Positions 9,566 through 19,958 of a stretch of 64,000 nt of DNA are shown here, one piece after another. Location of the stretch: positions 3,494 to 67,493 of the IMG/VR virus record IMGVR_UViG_3300031853_000033. The stretch is one strand, 5' to 3'. The notes beneath the pieces were generated by a model. That model ran no database searches. It was not told where the DNA came from and was given only the letters and a program-made list of their open reading frames with translations. The translations under genes and the position numbers were made by a program. The number at the start of each line of letters is the position of its first letter. Position 1 is the first letter of the stretch. Origin of the DNA: a virus.

Positions 9566-9831
9566 ACGCCTACTATTATCCTTATTCTGAACACTGTAAG
9601 TGTCCTTTAAATCACTCAGCTTCCGGTTCTTCAACCTCTTCCGGTTCGGGTGTCGGAATGCAGCTTTAAGTAACTAAACAGTGTGGGATTCTTTCCACCT
9701 TTTCTTTGCGTCTTTCACCGTCTGCACGTTGTCTTCATAGAAATACTCATCCGCTTTTTCCAATGGCGAAAATGTTTTCTTTTTGATGTTCATTTGTGTC
9801 CTTTGAATTCTTTCATGCTGTAAAAATAGAT

Positions 9832-11106
9832 TTATTGAATAATAATGTTACCAAAATATTCGCCAACATCTGGAGCTGTTTGTACATATAGTACGTTTCC
9901 ATAAATAATATTATTTGCGGTAACACTATCACCACGTATTGATTCTCTATCGCATCTAACTCTATTATTCGACACCGTACAATATCTAATTGCATATGCT
10001 TGTAAAAATCTACCATAAACAATGTTTACATCAATCTGATTAGAATCGACTATGCACCTTTCAAAAGTTCCAGAAAATTTAATAATACTACCGTTGGAAT
10101 TTGTTTTCTCATTAAACTTTATAATATTCGACACAAAATTAGAATAATACGCATTTGCTCCTGAAATAATTATGTGATTCCCAACTTGCCCTATAATAGT
10201 ATTATACGATACACAGGCCTCCTGAATATTACACGAAAAGTCGCACAATCCATCATAAATACCATCATAATAATTATTCTCTATTTTCAGTCCAGTCAAA
10301 GGTGTGTTTGTAGGCGATGTAAATTTATAAATATAATTTGTTATGCCAGCTTGACCAATTTGCGCGTGAAATGTATTATTTCTGATTATGACTCGCCTAA
10401 AGGCAAAATTGCCATCAATAATAGATTCCCCATCTTCCACATCTGTAAAAGACAAAATAAGAAAACTATGAAAACCATTACATTGGCAGTTTTCAAAAAC
10501 AAAACCTCTACCCGTCAAATCAAAAACTATCTCAAAAAATGTAATATTGCAATTCTTAACAACAATATCTAAATTTTCAGAACTAATTTCGCTTTTGCAA
10601 AATTTATATCCCGATCCAAGCACATTATCAAGCGTTAAATTAGACGTTATTGTAGCAGAATCTATATATAAGTAGCCAGTTGTCAATACAAAAAGAGTTT
10701 TATTGTCTTCTACAGGTTCGAAAATTATCGTAGGAATGGTTCGATTGCCGCCTCCTATACCGATAAGATTGGTAATAGTATTTACGGTAATTGAACTCGT
10801 TATACGATATTTCCCGCTGATTATTTTTTTCCTGTTACTATCATTTATGAACCTTTGAAACGGTACAGTATCATCAGCTATGCCATCCCCTTTTGCTCCA
10901 AACATTTCTGGAGTTATATAATTAATGGCGCTCTTTATATCACCAACCTCCTGATTTAAATCTGCCTTTATATCAGAAATCTCATCCCCGACCTTCTTCG
11001 CATCTGCCGCCGCTCCCGTAGTGGCCAGTGTGGCATCCACCTCCGGCACAGTATATGTATCATTCAAGCCGGGAAACTTGATTGATTTCAATGGTTTATT
11101 TGCCAT
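9832..11106 (-). CDS. Tailspike / receptor-binding depolymerase (pectate-lyase-3-type beta-helix).
   Basis: Motif ITPEMFGAKGDGIADDT typical of pectate-lyase superfamily tailspikes. N/I/S-rich beta-helix-like repeats. The gene is markedly AT-rich. Confidence 0.6.
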   Translation of the reverse strand: MANKPLKSIKFPGLNDTYTVPEVDATLATTGAAADAKKVGDEISDIKADLNQEVGDIKSAINYITPEMFGAKGDGIADDTVPFQRFINDSNRKKIISGKYRITSSITVNTITNLIGIGGGNRTIPTIIFEPVEDNKTLFVLTTGYLYIDSATITSNLTLDNVLGSGYKFCKSEISSENLDIVVKNCNITFFEIVFDLTGRGFVFENCQCNGFHSFLILSFTDVEDGESIIDGNFAFRRVIIRNNTFHAQIGQAGITNYIYKFTSPTNTPLTGLKIENNYYDGIYDGLCDFSCNIQEACVSYNTIIGQVGNHIIISGANAYYSNFVSNIIKFNEKTNSNGSIIKFSGTFERCIVDSNQIDVNIVYGRFLQAYAIRYCTVSNNRVRCDRESIRGDSVTANNIIYGNVLYVQTAPDVGEYFGNIIIQ

Positions 11107-11110
11107 ATGT

Positions 11111-11536
11111 TTAGATCACCTCCGTGATTGTAATAGCACCGTTGCTGTCCAGGAAACTGTAAAGGCTTCCTTTGTCACCTTTCTCACCTTTCTCACCGCG
11201 GATAGAAGGTGTGGTATACGATGTTCCGTCTGAAAAAGTAATCGTGAGCGTATAATCAGCATTAAGCACCGTAGAGGCTACAGATACGCCCTGTTCACCC
11301 TGTACGCCGCGGCTTCCCGTCTCACCTTTTTCTCCACGGATAGAGGGACTTGTGTATGATGTCCCGTCAGACAGCGTGATTGTTAGCGTGTAGTCGGCAT
11401 TGAGAACACAAGACGCAACAGAAACACCGGTGTCTCCCCTGTCTCCTTTATCCCCTTTATCGCCTTTCGGCCCTCGAATGCCGTACACATCGCCCTCTAT
11501 CGTCCCTTGTGTTAACGTCTCTATATTAGCCATCAT
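11111..11536 (-). CDS. Collagen-like repeat tail fibre protein.
   Basis: G-X-Y repeats (GPKGDKGDKGDRGDTG, GEKGETGSRGVQGEQG, GEKGEKGDKG). Internal duplicated ~40-aa module. Confidence 0.6.
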   Translation of the reverse strand: MMANIETLTQGTIEGDVYGIRGPKGDKGDKGDRGDTGVSVASCVLNADYTLTITLSDGTSYTSPSIRGEKGETGSRGVQGEQGVSVASTVLNADYTLTITFSDGTSYTTPSIRGEKGEKGDKGSLYSFLDSNGAITITEVI

Positions 11537-11871
11537 GTCACCTCTTCCGTTATTTTGAATTTCTTCTTCTTCAAGAAAGTAACTGTAAAACCGTCAGATC
11601 CACGGACAAACTGTGCATCATACCGATAAGTGCCAAACTCCAAGTTCTTTGTATCTTCCGGTGTGATCAGGATGTTCGCCGGATTTTCGCGGCAGATTTT
11701 TGGAGCGATAGCATAGTCTTCGTCATCGTAATCAGACTTGACGGCAAACTGTATCGTGTCCCCGTCTTCCAGTTCGTACGCTTCCTTGTCAACCTTAAAC
11801 ACAACCGCAAAAGGTACGCTATCACCCCGTGTCATAGTGATGTTGAAATTATCGTCTATCTCAAAATGCAT
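11533..11871 (-). CDS. Hypothetical tail-associated protein.
   Basis: ORF coupled by ATGA overlap into the fibre gene cluster. Confidence 0.4.
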   Translation of the reverse strand: MHFEIDDNFNITMTRGDSVPFAVVFKVDKEAYELEDGDTIQFAVKSDYDDEDYAIAPKICRENPANILITPEDTKNLEFGTYRYDAQFVRGSDGFTVTFLKKKKFKITEEVT

Positions 11872-12018
11872 CGGATACCTCCTTATGTCAGCCCCGATTT
11901 AAGTTTATTCCAGGTCTTTGCGCCACAAGTTCAAACAGCGCCCGTCACCTCCCGTTGCTCCAACCGCCCGTCATCCAAGCCCTAATAGCGAATAGGACTT
12001 GGACGATTTTGAGCAACA

Positions 12019-13458
12019 TTAAAACTTCGGGACAATGTAGCCCCGGATATAAAGACCGTCCACGTACATAGTGCGTCTTGAAACGCTGTCATTACGGTTG
12101 CCCTCAATAACAACAAATCTGTTGCCCTCGATGGATTCCACCATACCGACATGATCGGCAACACCTTTGTTATCTCCGTTGGGTCCGGTGGTGTCCTGCC
12201 AGTCATAAAGAATCAAATCACCGGGGTTCGGGCGGTAACTGTCGGACTCCTGCCAGATGTCAAACTTCTGCGCAATGCTAATCATGTACGGGCAGGAAAT
12301 CTCGATAGGAATAACATCATCAACACCGCAAGCAATAGCCGCCGCTGACACAGTGCAAGCGCACCATGCCCACTGGTACTCCATGCGAACATTCCGTGTA
12401 CCCCATTTTGCAACCGCTTTTGCAAGCCCCTTATTGTAAGTATCTATGATGGATCTGAAACTGCCATCAGCTTCATTCTTTCCAACCCACGCCTGCATCT
12501 GTCTTACATAAGCAAGTCTTCTGTCACTGAGAGCCGGAGTGACTACTTCTGTCTTGGCTTTAAGCAGTTCGTTCACACGCTTCTGTACGGCATCATAGTT
12601 TGCTCCAAGTGCTTTTTTGCGGTAATCGCCTGTTCCGTATTTTCCGGCAATAACATCCTGCGCAAGTTGGTCGATATTCGGAGACTGAGCAGGAACAGCA
12701 ACAGGAGCAAGCAGTTCGTTGACTTTTTTCTGCACTTCGTCATACCTTGCGCCAAGTGCAACTTTCCTAGCTTCACCACTGCCCCATTTTCCGGCAATAA
12801 CTTCTTTCGCCAGTTCTTCTGTGGATTTGTTGAGTTCATATGCTACCGGCTCTGCGACAATTTCTTCCTGTTCATACCAGATGTCATAGTCAAGTGCCTG
12901 TGTACCGCTTCCGGGAAGGACTCTGCTTCCGCATTGCCAAATCAAACAGTCTTTGGAGCGTTTTGTGGAATACTGTGCATACCAAACAGGATACCGAGAC
13001 AGGATGTCATCACCGTACATCCGCACCCAATAGTCCAAATTGGTATAGATACCGACAGGATACCCGGCATCCTTGACGGTCTTGCAGAAAGTTTCCGTAA
13101 ACAGCCTTACTTCTGCCGGACCGATGACAACACCCTGGGCTTTGGCTTTTGTGATGGTATCGTACTCAAGGTCAGCCCAAATCCAAGTAGATTTCGGAAG
13201 ACCGGCAGCTGCTACATTCTTCAGACAGGACTCCGCTTCTGCTTTTGCCTGTGCGTTATTGACAGCATAGATGAAGTGATACACACCTCTTATCGGAATA
13301 CGTGCCGCTCTGCACCCGTTGATGTGCGTGTCGAACAAATAGTCTTTTCTCGTTCTGCATCCTTCACGGAGGATTGCAAAATCAATGTGTTTGGAAAGAG
13401 TAGTATAATCGAGACCGTTATTCCACTCTGAAATATCAATGCCTTTTAATTCTCTCAT
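12019..13458 (-). CDS. Endolysin: GH25 muramidase + 2x CW_7 cell-wall-binding repeats + CHAP/NlpC-P60-like peptidase.
   Basis: N-terminus GIDISEWNNGLDYT...FAILREG (GH25). Two repeats (LAKEVIAGKWGSGEARKVALGARYDEVQKKVNELL and LAQDVIAGKYGTGDYRKKALGANYDAVQKRVNELL). C-terminal Cys...His (CACTVSAAAIACG...ADHVGMV). Confidence 0.85.
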   Translation of the reverse strand: MRELKGIDISEWNNGLDYTTLSKHIDFAILREGCRTRKDYLFDTHINGCRAARIPIRGVYHFIYAVNNAQAKAEAESCLKNVAAAGLPKSTWIWADLEYDTITKAKAQGVVIGPAEVRLFTETFCKTVKDAGYPVGIYTNLDYWVRMYGDDILSRYPVWYAQYSTKRSKDCLIWQCGSRVLPGSGTQALDYDIWYEQEEIVAEPVAYELNKSTEELAKEVIAGKWGSGEARKVALGARYDEVQKKVNELLAPVAVPAQSPNIDQLAQDVIAGKYGTGDYRKKALGANYDAVQKRVNELLKAKTEVVTPALSDRRLAYVRQMQAWVGKNEADGSFRSIIDTYNKGLAKAVAKWGTRNVRMEYQWAWCACTVSAAAIACGVDDVIPIEISCPYMISIAQKFDIWQESDSYRPNPGDLILYDWQDTTGPNGDNKGVADHVGMVESIEGNRFVVIEGNRNDSVSRRTMYVDGLYIRGYIVPKF

Positions 13459-13513
13459 ATACTTTTTACCTCACTGAAAAGGGAGAGGACTGCTCCCCTC
13501 CCTGTGTTTGGAT

Positions 13514-13714
13514 TTATTTGTCTACTTCCGGTAATCCTGCCACCGACGTGAGCAGTGATAAGATACCGGCTAATACCGATGCGCTTGCTACTACCTTCCA
13601 GTCCACCGCACTGAGTACGGCACTCGAGCCGATAGTTGCTACGGCAGTCTGGGCCACGGTTTTGATCGCTCTCACCGCGGCCGCTTTCCACCATGCTTTA
13701 CTCATGTCTTTCAT
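13514..13714 (-). CDS. Holin.
   Basis: 66 aa, hydrophobic TM segments, charged C-terminus. Immediately upstream of the endolysin. Confidence 0.6.
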   Translation of the reverse strand: MKDMSKAWWKAAAVRAIKTVAQTAVATIGSSAVLSAVDWKVVASASVLAGILSLLTSVAGLPEVDK

Positions 13715-13988
13715 CTCCTTCCGTTGATGTTCCCGTCAGCTTGTCTATCTGTTTCCATGCGGATTTCAGTGACTGATCCAGGCGGATAAGCTTGTCATGA
13801 TCCGCTCTCTGATCAGTTTTAAGCCCGGCTATTTCTGCCTTGATATCAGAAATGCCGGACTTGATGGTGTCAAGAGAGACGATGACGGTGGTTAATTCTG
13901 TTGTATTCTCTTTGTTATTTCTGGACAGGAAAGAATATCCTGCCAGCAGCAGACTACATAAGGCTATTGCGATGCTTACATAGTTCAT
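13698..13988 (-). CDS. Lysis-associated membrane/coiled-coil protein (XhlA-like?).
   Basis: N-terminal TM helix plus coiled coil. Adjacent to the holin. Confidence 0.35.
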   Translation of the reverse strand: MNYVSIAIALCSLLLAGYSFLSRNNKENTTELTTVIVSLDTIKSGISDIKAEIAGLKTDQRADHDKLIRLDQSLKSAWKQIDKLTGTSTEGDERHE

Positions 13989-14179
13989 TACGCGCCTCCT
14001 CTAATGGGGTATTTAAGGTTGAGCATCTTAATCCCTCCTCCTATAATGGTGCTGTGGTTGATAGTTGCTTAGTTGGTGCAGAAACCGAGAGCGATGTAAA
14101 ATGTGTACAGTTTGGGAAATCCGACACACTTTTGAATCGTATAGACCTGAAGCTGTCGGGCTGTATGGTGGATATGGGC

Positions 14180-16663
14180 TTAAAGTGAGAAGCCCAGGGC
14201 CAGCGGGCCGACAGCCGAGGCGTAGTAATTGGCATTGCTGCCGCCGATGGAGATATCGTAGAAGTAATTGGTGCTATAAGCAGACCGCAGCCACCACCAC
14301 GAGGCGCTGGACGCGCCTGCTTTCATCTTCTTATGACTTGCATTATCCGTGAAGATTTCAGAATATCTCGGTCCTTTCGTCTCGAAATATTCTGTAGTGC
14401 CATCAAACATTTCATGTCTGGACGGAATCCATACATCTTCAGTGGATGCAACGTCATTAACTGCACTACCAGATCTGAAAATTCTACTATACTTCGTAAC
14501 AGGTTTGATTGCATTTCTAACATTTTCCGGAATGAGAGGTTTGATAGTCTCTTTGAGGTATGTCCTCATTTCAGATGCCTCCCATCCGCCTTCTGTCGTG
14601 TTAGATGCATTCATTCTGTAGTCCGTCTTCAGCAGTTCCATACTCAGCCAGTCATAAGTAGCCGTGCCGCTGCCGGATGCAAGAGGACTGGTATTCTTAC
14701 CAACAATTTGCATATTAACAATTCCTTCTGTACCCAAATCAAGAGGCTTATAATTTCCTACTTTATAATCAGCTGTTCCATTATTTATTTTAGATATTAT
14801 CGTATCCCAACTGTCTGTAATTTCTGCTACTTCAACAGGTGAACCGAATTTAGCAGTAAAAGTAGTATTTCCCTTCACTGTAGCACTTGCAGGCTCCCAT
14901 CCTTCAAACGGATAGTCTGTAGCACTACCCTGAGATGTTGTAGGTGTTGCACCAGTATAAGCATTAGCTGCTGTCACAATAGTACCGTAGTTGACATTGC
15001 TTATCGTCTGCAATGTTCCGCCGCCGTCAGCCGTAGCCTTGACAAAGGTTACGTTGTACTTGCGGAGCGTACCCGTGAAGCAGGCGTAGACGTTTCGGTC
15101 GGCAACAATATTTGTAAGTGCATCATCATCAACCGTGTTGTCATCGGTACCCTTTGACCATCCCGCGAAGGTATAAGTGTACTGTGCATCCGATGCCTTT
15201 GTCGGCGTGGTACCTGTGTATGTACCGTTGCCGCCATCAAGGACGGTCTGAGTCGCACTGTCGATGCGAGTCGAACCATTCCAGAAGTAAAGCTGTGCGG
15301 ATGTGTGATCTGCCGTGACATCGATATACGGATACCGTTCCTCATAGTCTGCTATCTGTGCGCCTGTAAGAGTATCAGTAGAAATCTTGCCGATAACCGT
15401 TGTCTTACATCCACCGTCAGCAATAGCAATCGTATCACCGTTCGTATCGATTCCACGCATGGTATCAAGGATAGCAAGTACAGATTCGATTTCTGCCGCA
15501 TCCGTAAGCCTCCACTCAAAACCAACAAGCCTGAGTCTTGTACCGCTCTGAGCATTTGCATATACCGCACGAAGTATCGTCAGCATATCAAGGTTGGTTC
15601 CTTCAAGCCTCAGTGCTTCGATGTTTGCATAAGATGCGATCTGAAAATCAGTAATCTTTTTCTGATTCAGTACGGTCAAGTTTTTGATCGTTTCGGGCAG
15701 ATGCAGTTTCTTTAAGTTGCCGCCGTTCGGGAGTGTCAAGCCTGTTATTTCAGTACCTTCAAAGTACGCCTCTTCCAGTATGGAGCATCCCGAAACATCT
15801 ACCGCCTGTTGTGTATGACCTTGCATTGTGGTATCGCCTAATCCGACACAGTTTCGTGCATCAATGACTTTAAGCAGTACATTGTTACCGAGCGTCATCG
15901 CTCTCATGTTCGGATTGGAGTAAGAGGCACTCTCGTCACCGACTTTAAGGCTCTGTAACCTTGTTGCTTTAGAGATATCACAAAGGCCGACTTTAAGTCC
16001 GGAAAGATCACCAATACTCGCAAGCTGTGACGCACTATGAATAATGACCACGTTATCATTCATGCTCTGATACGGGCATAAATGTATTGCTGTAGTACCC
16101 CTTGCCGTCCTCTTTGAATCATACGTCCCATCCCAGTTGACCGTAGTGTAGATATCAGCATACGGTGTGATGCTGATATTGCTGACTGCGTACGGTCTGA
16201 TTGTGATGGTATCGGACAGTGCATCTCCTGCGTTGAATTTCGAATCCATATAGCGGAAACGATTGTAAAGCCACCATTTTCGCTGTTCCGTCTTCAAGCC
16301 TAAGAGCATACCGAGATAATCGGTTCCGTCTTCAAGGTACGGCTGAATGTACTTGTAATCCTCATCTTCGTTAACAAGATTCTCAGGCCATTTAGACTGA
16401 TGTTCCTCAAAAGCTGTCTCGATCTTATCGTATGATAATGCACCACTGTTTCGGAGTGTCCTGTACATATCCGCTATCTCGTCCCCGAAAGCATCACGAA
16501 TGTTATTCCACAGGACACTCTTCTGACCGTTAAATACATCTGCGCCGTCTATGGTATCGGTATCCTCAAGGTTGTAAGAGAAAACAAGTTCACCTTCATT
16601 ATTTATTCCGAGTGCCGTATCCATATCGTACGGCAGAAAGACAATCTTTTTCTTTATGCTCAT
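14180..16663 (-). CDS. Tail fibre / receptor-binding protein with leucine-rich-repeat region.
   Basis: 827 aa with LRR-like repeats (LTLPNGGNLKKLHLPETIKNLTVL...). Tail-module position. Confidence 0.55.
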   Translation of the reverse strand: MSIKKKIVFLPYDMDTALGINNEGELVFSYNLEDTDTIDGADVFNGQKSVLWNNIRDAFGDEIADMYRTLRNSGALSYDKIETAFEEHQSKWPENLVNEDEDYKYIQPYLEDGTDYLGMLLGLKTEQRKWWLYNRFRYMDSKFNAGDALSDTITIRPYAVSNISITPYADIYTTVNWDGTYDSKRTARGTTAIHLCPYQSMNDNVVIIHSASQLASIGDLSGLKVGLCDISKATRLQSLKVGDESASYSNPNMRAMTLGNNVLLKVIDARNCVGLGDTTMQGHTQQAVDVSGCSILEEAYFEGTEITGLTLPNGGNLKKLHLPETIKNLTVLNQKKITDFQIASYANIEALRLEGTNLDMLTILRAVYANAQSGTRLRLVGFEWRLTDAAEIESVLAILDTMRGIDTNGDTIAIADGGCKTTVIGKISTDTLTGAQIADYEERYPYIDVTADHTSAQLYFWNGSTRIDSATQTVLDGGNGTYTGTTPTKASDAQYTYTFAGWSKGTDDNTVDDDALTNIVADRNVYACFTGTLRKYNVTFVKATADGGGTLQTISNVNYGTIVTAANAYTGATPTTSQGSATDYPFEGWEPASATVKGNTTFTAKFGSPVEVAEITDSWDTIISKINNGTADYKVGNYKPLDLGTEGIVNMQIVGKNTSPLASGSGTATYDWLSMELLKTDYRMNASNTTEGGWEASEMRTYLKETIKPLIPENVRNAIKPVTKYSRIFRSGSAVNDVASTEDVWIPSRHEMFDGTTEYFETKGPRYSEIFTDNASHKKMKAGASSASWWWLRSAYSTNYFYDISIGGSNANYYASAVGPLALGFSL

Positions 16664-19600
16664 TCCGTAACCACCGCCTCTCCGATAAATGACGGGAATG
16701 CGTTCTTCGCTCTGGAGTCAACCATTAAGAACAGTTCCGTGAACAGCCAGTAGAACAGTGCGCTGTCAATCTCGACATAGTTTCCGACTTCCGCTTTGAA
16801 TTTGGCAAGTCTGTAAGCCACCGTATCATTGATATATGTCACGCCATCATAAGTTACGGATTCCGCAAGCGCATCTCCCGTAGCCGTAGTCCTATCAGTC
16901 GTTGTGATCCACTCTGCAAATGACTGCAGCTGCGTGGGGTCTTCGTATGCCGGCTTGGTGTCGGGATAGCGTGCCTCAAAATCCGTCTTCCATCCCGGAT
17001 CTGAATAGTCGGCAGTCTTCCATAATGCCCAGAGGCCTGTGTTATTCAAGGTCTCCCATGATTCATCCGGTTCCGCAAAGCCAAACACATCCTCGTTTGA
17101 TTTGTCATTGTTAAAGTTGTATTTCCCCATAAAAGTTGTCTCTTCCCCGTCATCGTAGAAAATGACAATCGGAAAACCATCAATACCCTGTCTGACTTTA
17201 GGATTAGCCACCTGTGCGGGAGTCTTATACGGGCAGGCAACTTCGTATGCTCTCACCAGCTCGACATTGTTCGCGCCCTCACTAGATGCCACGTCCGCCT
17301 TAAAGCAGAATGTTTTAACCGGGATAGCATCGTCATTTATGGCATATTTACTTACGTGGCTTCCACCGTTCATGTCAAAACCACCGTTGAATTTGATCTT
17401 CCAGTTCTTGCGAGGATAATACTGAGAAGATGTACCTTGGATGTCTATCTCAGCATCCACAAAAGTAAATCCTTTTGACGGATGTACGGGATCAACGTAT
17501 GTACCGGAACAAGGCTTCTTATCTCCTTTACTGCTAGGCAATTCGGGAGCTGTGAGAATAAGATACGGAAGGTTTGAAGGCAGGTTATTAATCGTAATAG
17601 CCCCGTAAGCATCATAGACATTATTCCGAGTATATCTCTCAAGCATCAAGGAACCGTCCTGTGTATCAGCTATCCAGTTTTCCACAATCTGCTGTGACGA
17701 TAAGTTATTGTCATACACTCTGATGTTGTAAACATCAATGGTGCAATCATTGGAACCGATGGAAATATCCACAGGCATGACCTGCGAAAAATCATCATCA
17801 TCGGGATATGCCACAACGCCCGAAGCTATACCGTTAATGTAAATAAACAGCAGTCTTGATTCCGCTCTCTTTCGGCAGACAAAAGCAAGTCGAACGTGTT
17901 CGTCCTCTTTGTACTGCGTACTTATTTCCGACTGTTCTGAAGTTAATGTGGCTTTCTGGGCTGTGACCTTCAAACCTCTGCCGCCGCTCATACAAGACAG
18001 GATCGTTGCATCATAATCAAGCACGTTCCGTGTGGCAAACTCCAGTTCGATTGTCTTTCCCGTAGTTCGGAAATCTGTACCAAACAGCTTATACGGAATA
18101 ATGACTCTCGCATCTCCCGAAACTCTCAGACAGGTGATGCCGTCCGCATCCTTCTGCCATCCGTCAGATGCCCAGTTGAAGCCTGTCAAAGTCGATTCAA
18201 CATTTCCGTATTTCCATTCCGCTCTGTCATCAGCATTGTTACTCCGTCCTTCGCTTGTCAGATACAATGCAAGCGCATCTGTAACGGGTTCTACATCAAT
18301 TTCAGATTCCGTGACAGTGATAGCAAACGTCTTTTCCGTTCCTCTACAAGCGAGTTTGATCGTGAGCGTTCCCGCCTCATTCGCCCTGTATGCGTAAGCC
18401 TGTTCGTTTCTGTCTACATTTTCCGTTGCGACCTGTTCATTGTTCGCATATATCTTGACTTCCGCAACGGCGTTGACGGGATCATATACCTGATACGGTA
18501 TCTGAATCGTTGCGTACTGTTGCTGAGTATATGCAGAAAAGTTACTGGTTATGATCGGAACCGTACTGAGAGGATCAGCATAAATAAACTCAAAATAAAG
18601 TTCATTTGAAGATACCGTCTCGCCGTTAATTTCTGCTGTGAAATACACCCTCAAACTGTGTGCGCCATGACTCTGAGCAGGGATTGTGACAGAAACATCC
18701 TTATTGGAGAGGCTCGTTACTTTCGTTTCGGCAAGCTGTCCGTCAATGTAGTAGTAAATCGTCTTTTCGACATTTCCCGTAGGTGTACAGGTGAACACGA
18801 AAGGCCCGGTGTAAACTTTTGTGGTGTCGAAGTAAGACGAAAGACTCAGTACAACTTTTGTCACGTTATAGTTCAGACTCCTGCTGTTGCCGGAAAGGTC
18901 AATAACCTTCATGGTGACAGTATGCGTTCCGTTCGATACATAGCTTGCAACATCAATAGTGACGTTGCCTTGCGGTTTGTTGAACGATGCCCGTACCACT
19001 CTATCGACAAGCACTTGTACAGTTCCTTCGCCTGTTGGAATATCATCCTGTGTGCTTGACCATGTGAAGCTGATCGGACAAGTGCCGTTGCTCTCAATGG
19101 TTTTTGATACCCATCCCGAAGTGTTCGCAATCGCCATTGTGGTTGTGGACTGATCACCGCCACCACCTCCACCACCGCCTATTCCTGTGATGGTAAACAG
19201 CACTTCGTTGTCATGTGCAAAGTAGGCAACGCCATTCTCGACATACCCGTTATTAACTGCCTCAAGCATCTGCAAATCCAAGGAATCAACACGATCCTTC
19301 AGATTTCCTTGCGAATTGATAAACTCAGCTACTTCGTTTTCGGCATCTGTAGCATGATTGAGGGCATCTGTAGCAATCTCTTCCGCATTGGTAGTCATCG
19401 CAAGGATCTGTTGCGCTTTGGTGTCGATTTGCTCATTGACCTCTGTACCTTTATCATCAACCGCTCCGACAGATTCTGTTTCGGCATTATCTATGGCAGT
19501 CAATGCTTCGGTCTTTGCAGTTCCGATATTGGCAATTGCCTGATCTTTTGCATCGGAGATATCGCCGAGAGTATCGTCTCTTGCTGTCTCAATTGTCTCT

Positions 19601-19941
19601 ACCGCGCTTGCCAGTGTACTTTCCGCATCGGATGCGGACTGTGCCGCGTTCTGAGCGGATGTCTCCGAAGCAGTTGCGCTGTTTGCGGATGACGTTGCCG
19701 ACTGAGCGGATGCCGTAGCCGATTCCTGTGCATCTTTCGCATAGAGTCTTGCACTCTCATCATAATTATGAAGTTCATCGTATGTTGCCATACGTTTTGC
19801 TTCTCCTGCGGTAAATGCTACATAAGCAGCCTTACCGTCAGTAGCAATCGGGTCACCGGACTGGACTATGGCAATTTCGCCCGGTACCATCTTTGTAGGG
19901 TCATAATTGGTATATGCCCCTCGTCTGTGTTGGATAGCCAT
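16660..19941 (-). CDS. Tail fibre / host-specificity protein.
   Basis: Conserved tail-fibre N-terminus (RRG...GEIA). Ala/Ser-rich coiled region. Gly9 run. Large beta-rich C-terminus. 1093 aa. Confidence 0.6.
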   Translation of the reverse strand: MAIQHRRGAYTNYDPTKMVPGEIAIVQSGDPIATDGKAAYVAFTAGEAKRMATYDELHNYDESARLYAKDAQESATASAQSATSSANSATASETSAQNAAQSASDAESTLASAVETIETARDDTLGDISDAKDQAIANIGTAKTEALTAIDNAETESVGAVDDKGTEVNEQIDTKAQQILAMTTNAEEIATDALNHATDAENEVAEFINSQGNLKDRVDSLDLQMLEAVNNGYVENGVAYFAHDNEVLFTITGIGGGGGGGGDQSTTTMAIANTSGWVSKTIESNGTCPISFTWSSTQDDIPTGEGTVQVLVDRVVRASFNKPQGNVTIDVASYVSNGTHTVTMKVIDLSGNSRSLNYNVTKVVLSLSSYFDTTKVYTGPFVFTCTPTGNVEKTIYYYIDGQLAETKVTSLSNKDVSVTIPAQSHGAHSLRVYFTAEINGETVSSNELYFEFIYADPLSTVPIITSNFSAYTQQQYATIQIPYQVYDPVNAVAEVKIYANNEQVATENVDRNEQAYAYRANEAGTLTIKLACRGTEKTFAITVTESEIDVEPVTDALALYLTSEGRSNNADDRAEWKYGNVESTLTGFNWASDGWQKDADGITCLRVSGDARVIIPYKLFGTDFRTTGKTIELEFATRNVLDYDATILSCMSGGRGLKVTAQKATLTSEQSEISTQYKEDEHVRLAFVCRKRAESRLLFIYINGIASGVVAYPDDDDFSQVMPVDISIGSNDCTIDVYNIRVYDNNLSSQQIVENWIADTQDGSLMLERYTRNNVYDAYGAITINNLPSNLPYLILTAPELPSSKGDKKPCSGTYVDPVHPSKGFTFVDAEIDIQGTSSQYYPRKNWKIKFNGGFDMNGGSHVSKYAINDDAIPVKTFCFKADVASSEGANNVELVRAYEVACPYKTPAQVANPKVRQGIDGFPIVIFYDDGEETTFMGKYNFNNDKSNEDVFGFAEPDESWETLNNTGLWALWKTADYSDPGWKTDFEARYPDTKPAYEDPTQLQSFAEWITTTDRTTATGDALAESVTYDGVTYINDTVAYRLAKFKAEVGNYVEIDSALFYWLFTELFLMVDSRAKNAFPSFIGEAVVTE

Positions 19942-19958
19942 ATCAGCCCTCCTTTGTT

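Noticed and set aside
14180-19941. Diversity-generating retroelement targeting the tail fibre genes.
   Set aside because: No reverse transcriptase gene and no template/variable repeat pair were found anywhere in the window.
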